This document shows, in pieces, positions 53,998 through 64,000 of a stretch of 64,000 nucleotides of DNA. The notes below the pieces were generated by a model that saw nothing but the letters and a program-made list of their open reading frames with translations, searched no databases and was not told the origin of the DNA. The stretch is taken from assembly GCA_047495785.1 (NCBI GenBank), contig JBLDXI010000014.1, forward strand, positions 558,001-622,000, given 5' to 3'. Each line of letters begins with the position of its first letter. Position 1 is the stretch's first letter. Position numbers and translations under genes: made by a program. Source of the DNA: Lepidodermella squamata (lineage: Eukaryota > Animalia > Gastrotricha).

Positions 53998-55975
53998 TTA
54001 CTTCATAGCTTTTAAGACTTTGAAAGATGACGGAAAAAAATTGCGCCAATAAAATTCAATTATTAAATCGACCGAGTTCGCCCAGGTTTCGTCTTTTTGT
54101 ATTGTTAGTAGCAATTGCTGATCAGGAGTCCACAGCAAAAGATACGCAATTCGTCGACCCGTGCAAACCAGTGTCGCCTGTATTTGGTGAAACCAGGGAT
54201 GCCGCTCTTGTAAGTGATATTTGCCGCGCAAATACTTGATGGCTGGCACTTTACCAGCTCGAATTTGACCAGTCAAAGTTACGGCTCGCTTCTTTGATGG
54301 CCTGCAGGAGAACAAACATTTGACCTATCAAAAACAAGCTATTTTTAAGAATAAATTAATAAAAAAAGCTTCAACCTCTAAAATAGCGTCATCTCGCACT
54401 AAACCATCAGGGCTGGCGCCGAAAATTCCCGATGAGTGCAACCAGATGCCGGTGTGTTTAGAAGAACCAAAACCAAGCTTCTCAAAAGCAGCAATGCCAT
54501 CACTCTCGTGCTGCACGCCGTATCTTACCGCTTTCACATTCTAAGCATTTCGATACTTGAATCGAATTTTCACATAACAAAATAATAAACCTATAACGAG
54601 GGAATCATGCGTAATGTTCACGAGGTAATGATTGAACGTAAAATAAATAAATTGTAGGCCGGGTTTGCAGGGTCAAAGTACAACTCTAAAAATAGCGCGC
54701 GACGGTTAAAAATAGCACTATTCTGTAACGTTCTATGTGTAGTCTTATTTTTCAAATTTTTCAGATTTTTCAAACTATTTTAGAAATTCCACTATTGAAA
54801 TAACCCAGAATTATCAAGATAAATTTAAATAATCTGGAGAATCTGAAGAATTTGAAAAAATATGCTAACAACTAACTGCATTATTTCAATAGCGTGAATC
54901 ATGCTTTGGACTTTGACCTTACGAAACCCGGCCTACAATGAGAGTAACTCATCGAAAGAACATCGATTGTAACCTATCTCTTAGCTTTTCCTTGAATTGA
55001 CGGCTTCACTTATGATTAGCTAGAAAATTCTTACTTTAAGATCGGATTTTCCGAAAACCTTCTTCATTGATTTCGGCATCTCTCCAGTCTCAAGAAATTT
55101 CTTCGATTTGACGGTGTTGAACACTGCATGAATCATCGAAGATGTAAGTCTGCCGACTCGAACGCGAAACCACATCGGCTCATCACGCTGTCCCGTGGTC
55201 ACAAATGCGACAAGCTGTTGATGATTTGGGCTTACTTGCAACAAATTTCTCAGATCGTTCAGACGATCACGATCGTGTTTGTTGCATTTTGAACAAGGAT
55301 CGGTACAGCCCCAAATGCGGCGAATACCCTCAGGCAGATAAACAAAAGCGATTGGGTCCGAAACAATTGCGTCAAACTTTGTAACAAGAAATAGGTACGG
55401 AACAGGGCGCGTTATTTTCTGAAGACTCAAATAAAACTTCGTTAGAGCATTCAATTTAACTTCGCGAGGGATAGAAACCTGTTAATAAATATGTGTTTTA
55501 GGTGATTTTATACAAGCTATTCAAGAAAATTAACTGTTTGCCTAGGAGGAAAGAGCATTTCAATCGTTTTCCCCTCGAGGCTAGGTATATCCTCGAAAAA
55601 CTTCCTCCAGGCCCTGTCAGTTTTTGAAAACGATGACTTGACCGCCATCATCACTGCAGCCTTGTGCTTGCAACGTCCTAGTCCACGCTTGCAGCCACAC
55701 GTAGCATTCTTAATGCCGAGCTTGTCATCCAGATCCATCTTCGAAGAAATCTTATGATTAATTGTTAACTATTAATTGAGAAAACATACTTCCACCGAAT
55801 AAGAATGCGTCCGATATGAAGACCAGACACTTCCATTTACGTGTCCTGTGTCACCGTCGTAGCATATACTTCGAACTCGATTAAACTTGAGGTAAAGTTC
55901 GCCATGCTTCTTAAAACTCGCATATTCGTCACCAAAAAACTCTTCTATCCACTTGTCTTTAACAACACTGGACAT
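53998..55975 (-). CDS. Transposon ORF2: SWIM zinc finger + YqaJ/lambda-exonuclease domain (5 exons)
   Basis: CGCKRGLGRCKH (SWIM); QRDEPMWFRVRVGRLTSS; YGVQHE; GASPDGLV; spliced LE|VKC; WFHQIQ. The exons join in frame. Confidence 0.85.
54651..54939. mobile_element. MITE / foldback element inside an ORF2 intron
   Basis: About 30-bp TIRs (ATTGTAGGCCGGGTTTGCAGGGTCAAAGT and ACTTTGACCTTACGAAACCCGGCCTACAAT) plus internal imperfect inverted repeats. Confidence 0.8.
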
Positions 55976-57108
55976 TTCTTTAATGAAAATGCTGATATGT
56001 GATGTGGATCATAGTTTGATAGCAAAAAACAGCATTCAAATTGCATATGAGTGACGATTACGACCTCTGAAGCACTAAAACCCAGGATAACGTTGTCCGT
56101 CAGCGAGGAAAGCGGAAGCATCCGTAAAACGAACGCGTCTTCATGGTGACCGCCATTTGTAAAATCAAAAATTCTTGTATATTTAGGCAAGATATATGTC
56201 GTTGTATTTCTAAAATCGAGTGTTTTCAAATTTTAATAAATGACAAAATTTCATTTTTTTGGCCAATCAGCTGCGGCGGTCTGGAGAATGCTAAACAAAG
56301 ACCTCATTTGCATACGTGAGATCATTTGCATAGCCCTATTTAAGCACAAAAATCCATTCAGTCTGGATTCAGAGCGGTGGTTGGCAGGAACCTGTCATTT
56401 GCTTTATCACAAGTCTCAAATCACAAGTTTCGAAGATATTTTACTGCATATACCATATAACGCTCGACTCTGGTAACTTGGGCGTGCAAAAAGCCATCAG
56501 CTGATCGCTTGATCTCAGCTTCATTCACTATTGTTCCTTACTGATACTTGATGTTCCGCTGATGTGTTTTCCTCATCGTAAATCCAACTTTTGCTGCTGC
56601 AAACACCAGCGGGGATGGAAAGTATAATTTCTTTGACCGACTTTTATCAAACATTCAATGGTTGGTGAATGTTCTGGTTAGTGGTTAGCGAAGAGGTCGA
56701 AGGCTTTAATTCTGGAAACCACTCCTGTTTGAATCAATCGTGTTACGTGTTACTTGTGGTTCATGCTAGATCTTTGCGTTTTTTGATCAGTTAGGCGCTG
56801 ATTCCCATAACGTGGCACGAGCTATTCAGAGCTCTTCATTTTTCAAAGCGGCGTCTGGATTGGATGGCGACGCTCCATCTAAGTATGTATATCTTATCCA
56901 TTGAGCTATGATATCAGCAAATATTATCGATAATTGTTGGCTCCATAATGTCATTCTTTGAATATTGAGTATCGAGTGCAGGTGTTTTTTATTGAGTGTA
57001 GTGTAGAGGGATAAAGTCCTGCAAGCCCATCTATTATTCACTCATTGTTCAAAACTCCCTAACTCTAATTTTGTTCACTAGTCAAGTAATGTTTGTTTTA
57101 ACCATCAA

Positions 57109-59160
57109 ATGACTCGCAAGCGACGGATTTCAGAAGCGGTGATACCTAGCAACATTCGGGATCCATTAAACCTAAAGGCTGTAACGAGCGATGTGACGGC
57201 TTTTGATGCGGAAGAGCCTAGCGCCAAAGTTCCCGATTTAATTGAATCCTGCCGTCAGATTCCTGCTGGGGAAACATCTCAAAATACGAAATGTGCTGAA
57301 GAATTGAAAGCTAAGCATGAATCGATTAGTCATCAAAAATCGGGAAATCATTTTTCAACGCCACCGCGCCTCATTCGTCCTCTTCTCGCTCGAAACCCGA
57401 AGGATCCTCTGGATCTCCTGAATTCTGGGCCTTCAGACAATAGTAACACTATTTCTATCAGCCGTAGTAACAAGATACCAAGCCCTGTCATTCCAATCGT
57501 AAGCACCGCTCTTTTTATTTATGTTAGTATCTAATTTCTTTAATTTAGGCTATCGTCACGCCATCGAATGAACATGCTCCCAAATCGAATGGAAGAAAGC
57601 GACGTCGTAATCGGTCGACGGGCGCTTCTGAGGCTGAATCTGTTCAGCATCAGCGACCTAGTACGGCTCTTGAAGAGCCTCGTGCTTCATCAGCTTTTGA
57701 AAAACCTGTTGAGAGAAAGCTGAAGAGCTCACAAGAAAGAAAGATCCAGGTATCGAAATCCTCCAAGAGACCGAAAAAAGCTAACAAGCGTAAGCGAAAA
57801 CGGCGCCATGCAAACAAAAGCAAAAAGAAAGATCAAGTTCATTCTGATGTCCAAAACGCGAAAATTGAAGCCGAGGGGCAAACAATTTCCAAGAAACGTG
57901 TGCAACCTCCGCTAATCCGAAATTCGCCGTCAAGTCTTTTAAATTTGGTAACATCAGTGCGCTGTTTATTTTCAAGGTTTGTATCATTACACATTAGTAG
58001 CTTGCTGAAGAAAAGCTGCGTTTTATTTCTAGGAGAAAAGTACTGCACATAGGATCTTGCGGGGATGGAGGGTCCTTTACCGTACAGGTGGTGTCTCAGT
58101 TCGGTGCCGATCGCGTTGTTGGCGTCGATCGTTGTATAAAAAGAGTCAAAGCAGCTCGGCGTTTTCTCGGCTCAATTTCTGGGCAGTTATCTCTGCCACC
58201 TGTTGATTGCACATCCGGTGATGAAAATCTTACTTCCAAGTCAAAAATGCCTTTTCCTCGGTCTTTTTCGGCCTGCTTTGGCCCAGTGGGCCCAGACGTG
58301 ACGAACGCCTCTGCATCTTCTCTGTTGCGATCCGTGGAATTTGTATATGCATCTGACTATTCCGCTATACCTTCAAATCTACTAGGTAAGTTTTTAGTTT
58401 TTACCGATTTTTGTTATGCATTTCATTTTTCAAAGCCGATGAATCATCCCAATCTTCTATGTGGGATACTATCGTCATTCAAGAATGCGTAATATCTTCC
58501 ATACTGTGCAATCCTGCCCTTGGACCTAGTGCTGTTCACCGTTTACTAGCTCGAATCACTAACAGTCTCGCTGTTGGTGGTCATGTGATTCTAGTTCTGG
58601 GAAGATTGCGTTGGCAAAAGGAGCTTCGATCTCAGTCTACACCTCAATCGCATCAAGAAACGCAGCTACCTCAAAAAGAGGGTATGTTTTTTCTGTTATT
58701 ATTCATTGACGTCGTGTTGAATGTGCTTTTGTAGCTGCTAGCTGTTCTAAAGATGACATTCCCTCGCCTGCTCAACTGCATCCACTTGCACAACTACGAA
58801 AATACTTCAGCTTTCGTTTAGTGCGGAGGATCGCAAACCCCGTGCCGTTTTCTTCTCGACTAAGACGGCCAAGCAGTGTATCCTGGCGCGGAATCTCTCC
58901 ATTTCAATCTCGACACCGCCGTAAGTAGTTGGGCTATGCAAAAAACGATTTTCATTGTTTGCTCAATAGATTCTCAAACATTACGGCCGCAATCCTTGCT
59001 TTCCACCACGTCGAGTTTTCACGCGAATCACGGTGAGCAAAGCAAAGCTCCGCAAAAACGATATGGAGGCAGTCATCGCATATCATTTGTTCTGCAAAAG
59101 AGAAACCAAGTGCCTGAAAAATCACCCCACAATGAGGCTGTGGAGCCATTATCCCAATGA
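57109..59160 (+). CDS. Divergent MEPCE/Bin3-like (7SK methylphosphate capping enzyme family) protein
   Basis: NIRDPLNL, FKFGN, KVLHIGSCGDGG, FGADRVVGVD...VKAARR, FPRSFSACFGP and LAVGGHVIL occur in the same order as MEPCE blocks. Multi-exon. Confidence 0.62.
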
Positions 59161-60430
59161 AACTTGTTATCGTCATATTAAATCTATCTTTTATGTCAGC
59201 TATTGAATTAGATGAGATGATTAAATGCTGCCTGGTTGCATTAATACAGTGGTATTTGCCTACTACAAATTGAAAACGGTTTTGTGTAATTATTAATTAT
59301 GTGAAAAATCAATCGACTGAATACTGACTGGATGCCGTAATATTTTGCTTGTATCGTAGATTTTTCACAAGAGAATTCAGAATATTTACGAATGCAGGTC
59401 TATGTTATTTCTTCATCTCGGCGATTCGTACCACGTACTACTGTTAAATAAAAACAATAATTTTTCGATGAACACATCTTTTTTATTACCGAGGTCGTTT
59501 CACTGTCCAGGATGTACAACGCTTCGATTTACGCCGGATACTCGCGTGATTCGTATTATAGATAATAACGTAGAACGATGTACCACATGCAATACACGTA
59601 AGCAATATTCGGTCTCGCAGCAACAACACAAAGAACGAATATAATCATATCCAATAACAATTTTCGAATTTACGTTGCCGCTGTTGTTTCTATAACCTCC
59701 CGCGCACAAACGCAGGAGTAGCATGCCAGTGGAGAAAGAGAGCGAGCAGCATGAATTCGTCTTCGATGATCGTCACAGCTACTTAATGATTTGAGCGTTT
59801 CAACACAAATAATAGAGGACATACTCTTTCAATTATCGAAATGAAAAGTGCGTCATCATGATATAAGTTAGAAACAGAAGAGAAAAGAGACAGGGTTCAA
59901 TATCATGATATAACTGTCATCTCTGCCGCGAATGGATGCACTGAAAAATTTGCTTCGTAGGCGATATAAAATTCTCAAAGACTCAAAAACGAATACATGT
60001 GCAAGCATTTTGTGATTTTACAACATGAGAAACTATTCTGATATTTAATTTTATTCTTCTTCATGCTTGAACGAAGAGATGAAACGAGATGCAACATAGC
60101 AGTCACAAGTCACAACTCGTAATAAGAAAAATTACACTGCTAATAATGACGACGGAATGAATCCATTTGACAGCATTTTTCAAAGGCTAATAACTTATCG
60201 ATTCATTGTAATAAGATGGATCATTTAGGCCGATCTCTTTTCACCAAACTGGCACGGAGCAATACAAAAGTGACAACAATCAGCTTCGACAAGAAGAGTG
60301 AGAGAGCAGAGAGAGATAGAGAAAGTGATAACGATCAACTTTACTTGATAGTATTCTACTATTATTTATCTTTGGATTTCGGATAGATAATGCAATGACC
60401 AGTATAGTGGAATCGATTCATCACCTAGAG

Positions 60431-62496
60431 CTAGTGTGTTTTCCGGACGTCGATTACGTAGACGGTGCCGTCGGCAGTGGAGGCTCCGACAAGAGTGCCG
60501 CGCGAGTTCCAACAGACCTCAAAAACGCCAGCGGAGCCGCGGAAGCGCCGCGCGGGCGACATTTGCCCAACTCCAGTAGGCACGGAGATCACCGGATTGG
60601 GTTGCCGTACGTCCCAGATGTAGACGAACTTGTCGAAGGCGCCCGAGGCAAGCAGAGTACCGTCCGGAGAGAAGGCCACGCTATAAACCGGTTCAGTGTG
60701 CTGCAAGCGGAAATTTCAGCGTAAAACAGGCATATCACAATGATAGCAAATAACAAACCTTGTCTAGTACTCGGGTACAGTAGCCTCGATCGACATCCCA
60801 AAGGCGCACTGTTGAGTCGAAGGAGGCAGAGGCGAGGCAGAGGGGGAGGTTAGGGTTGGGAGAACCCGGGCCGGTCGGGCTCCATTTTATTGTGTAAATT
60901 TCCCTAGGAAAAGCATTCGTGTAAACACATTCAATATACAACCAAAGTTTACTCACTTATCATGTCCTTTGAGGTCATGAAGGTATGTGTCACTTCGCAT
61001 GGACCAAATCTAAAAATATCAAATAACCGTAACATATATGCCCGATTGCAAATGGTTGAAACTGACCTTGAGCGTCATGTCATCGCTGCAAGAAGCCAGG
61101 AGAGTAGCTTCCGGACTCCATTTAATGGCGTTCACTTCGTTGGTATGGCCACGTAGAGTGCGAATCGGAGCAGTCTGGCCGATTTCACACACGTATATGA
61201 GTTTATCGGTGGAGCAACTCGCGAAAGTTTTCTCCGACTGCCAGTCGACGTCGAGCGCCGGCGCTGTATGCAACGGAAACTGTTGGATTATCCGCCCGTT
61301 CGACGCGTCCCACACCGCCGTTGTCTTGTCGACGCCCGCTGACAACAGGTACCGGCTGGTGCGGTTCCACTTGAGCGCGAATATGGGACCGCGGTGCTGA
61401 GTCAGCAGGGTAAGAAGCCGGCCGTCGACCGACCACACACGGGCACAGCCGTCGTACGACCCGGTCGCGAGCCGCTTGCCGTCGCGGCTCCAGTCGAGAC
61501 TCGTCACGTCCTTGTTCGGCTTGCCACCGCCGTTCGCCGTGGGCGCAGAGGGTGACGAAGAGCCGTCGTGCGATGGCGACGACGCGTTATTGCCACTAGC
61601 CGCGCCGGTGTTGCGCAACACGACGTGGTTTAGTGTCGGACTGGTGAGGTCCCAAATGCGAGCGGTGCTGTCGCCACTTCCCGAGGCGAGAAGATCTGTC
61701 TGAGGATTCCATGCACAAATAAACACCTCCGACTCGTGGCCGCGCAGCACGAAGACGCCGGACGAGTCTGTTTTGCCCGACGGGTCGATTTCGACCATGC
61801 AGGGGAGAGGAGCGACTTGTGGCGCCTGGTCACCGGAGACATCCGGATGGTGCCGCGAGCCGTGGTTTGACTCGGAAACGTCCATCCTGTTGCCATCTGG
61901 TGGCGCTGATTGCACGGCGTTCGTTGAATCGACCGCCGCGCCAGGAGCAGAAGAGGTTGAAAGACATGATGCATGTTGCGTACCATTGCCGGTATTCTGT
62001 TGCTGTTGTTGCTGAGATTGGGTATTTACAGGCATGGGCGGTACCGGTAGCTGGGGCCGCAAAGTTTGGCGCTTTGCTTCGACGATTTCCGGCGTCACAG
62101 CATCGATTATACTCAGAGGAGGCACGATGGGGGTGTAAGGAGTTTGCTGATCTGCCGACAGCGCTGCGCCGTTCGACAATTCCGCCTTAAAAACATCCAT
62201 TTTATATTTACACGCTTCAACTCAAATCAAATTACTTCTGCATGAATTTCTGCTTCGACATACTGCACACCGCGTTGTATTAGCGATAACAGTGCTCCCG
62301 ACGGCACCTGACTCCATACGATATTGGAATGCGCGATATTTGATTCGGTTCCAAAAGAAAATGCGGAATGAGTGAACCCTTGTAAACAAATTTTTTCAGT
62401 CATTAAAACTCCAACAATTTTCATTTCGTCTCTTTTACCCGATTCAAGAAGATACCGCCATATTAAATAATTGATTTCATCTGTACTGAAGCTCAT
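60431..62496 (-). CDS. TBL1XR1: TBL1X/TBL1XR1/ebi LisH + WD40 co-repressor subunit
   Basis: [26 protein letters not shown] (LisH), [24 protein letters not shown] and [11 protein letters not shown]. Confidence 0.93.
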
Positions 62497-64000
62497 CCGT
62501 TCGGATCACTATGAAATTATGAGATAAATGACAAGGCGGTTACGCCGGTCACCTCATTTTCACAATTTTGAAATCTAGAAAACAGATAAATTGCAGCAAA
62601 TAAAGGGACATTACTGTAGTCAGCCCATCGAGAACACCTCGTAAACAGACGGAAGATAATTATTGAATAAGAGATTACACTGGCGTATTACTTCAAACGC
62701 ACCGCTTACTGTGCTTGTTGCACTTGGTAGCGTATATAGAGCCTTCCTTTATTTATTGTGTTGCACTCTCACACGCATTCGTTATGTTTCTTCTTCAACT
62801 AAGTATACGAGCTACATAAGGCTCGTAAGGCACAGTGCACTGAGACGACGCGCATGTATTAATATGTTTGAGGTATAGTCTCTACGCGCACACTACATGA
62901 GAGACTATACACACATAATTCACAGTACACCATAGGAGACTTCTATCAAGAAGGAATACTCAAATCCATCAATTGATTTTCCCTCTTCGGGAGAGAGATC
63001 GAACGCTAGCGTGAGGTATGATTAGAGCTAATGCCTGATGTAAATTCATTCTCAACTTTTCGGACGTGAGGGTTAACAAAATCAAATAAATAGAAAATTT
63101 CAAAGGAAATTGTCATCAGAAAACGCCAGGTTTTCTTGCCATCATTACTCTTAAAAAGATAATTTGACGTTATGCAAGTGAGATTGCAGGCGATTCCGCC
63201 AAAGTAGAAATAGAGAAAGAGCGTGGGATTCCTAGTATATAAGCTGAGAACAGAAAAGCAACGATTTCGAACGCTAATGGTGATTCACAACTACCCATGT
63301 ATAGTGATTTATGGTGCCCGAAATTCCTAAAGATCAAACATAGATATCTGGATGTTGAGACTCCAGCATATAGTCCAGTCTCAAGACGCGACGAGTTTCA
63401 TCATGTTGCGCAGATGATTGCTTCTCCAGCAGATTTCACTGAGCGCTCAATTAATTTTTGGGAGCAACGACTGCTGCGAACGTAACAAGCAGTCATGAAT
63501 TATGCGGTCCAACTTAGGCAGTAAATTATCAATGATTTGCTAACTACGAACTACGACTGAAAAATAAAATTCAAATTGTCGGCGAAAAATGAGCTTTCGC
63601 CATAAGTGCGAATCATAATCTACATGCTTCAAGAGAATATACCTAAGAAAAGACGCACGGCACAATGCCTGCTCAAAGACTGAAAATTCATGCGATTCTT
63701 GATGAAAAATGAGGAGAAGTTGTCTCAGCAACTGATTGCCTTTGATGTTAGATAACTGCGGCTGTACATCCGAAAAACGCGCAGATGCAATTGTACTAAG
63801 GTCTAATGAAAGCCCAACACACCGTCAAGTTTCATCAAGTCACGGGTAAAAAAAACCTCGTAGATGCGGGGAAATATATCAAAGGCCGATAAGTCGCGCT
63901 GTTGAATAATGAAATAATTTTATTATCGGGTCAGGGGACACGGCACAGGCAAACCAGAAACATGAAGAAATCAGCAATTCGTTTGATAAAACTTTGGAGA

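Larger units (their letters stand above)
51868..56287. mobile_element. ISL2EU-type (PIF/Harbinger-ISL2EU-Spy group) DNA transposon, about 4.4 kb, apparently intact
   Basis: TIRs TCTCCAGACCG(TCG)CCGCAG and CTGCGGCGGTCTGGAGA with AT on both flanks. Contains convergent THAP-DDE transposase and SWIM-YqaJ genes. Confidence 0.82.

Noticed and set aside
62663-64000. Short ORFs and a TATATAA near 63236
   Set aside because: No recognisable domains or consistent exon structure within the window.

Overview
Gene-dense eukaryotic (invertebrate metazoan-like) DNA with very short spliceosomal introns (mostly about 40-60 nt); the species cannot be determined from the sequence. From left to right: an array of five secreted Cu/Zn-SOD-like genes (six domains, four genes with GPI-like tails) interrupted by a collagen-C1q gene; a single H3/H4/H2A/H2B histone quartet; IPMK; ORC4; a decayed LINE fragment; a Cys-rich EB/EGF-like surface protein; KIF9; a mucin-Kunitz gene; a non-LTR endonuclease remnant; ACOX3; a 26/29-kDa-type papain protease; NPHP4; an SPxK-rich repeat protein; TSC22D/bunched; a YAP/Yorkie homologue; SERP1/RAMP4; an apparently intact ISL2EU-type DNA transposon carrying a nested MITE; a divergent MEPCE/Bin3; and TBL1/ebi. 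The most striking observations are these. (1) All six SOD domains keep every Cu/Zn ligand but replace the catalytic Arg143 with Ile. (2) The YAP homologue has no WW domain. (3) All four histone genes share a 40-nt 3' element in which the stem-loop is followed by a non-canonical conserved motif, with AATAAA further downstream. (4) The cluster H2A ends in a truncated H2A.X-like SQSQ. (5) The MEPCE looks catalytically degenerate. Exon boundaries were assembled by eye and are approximate where stated.
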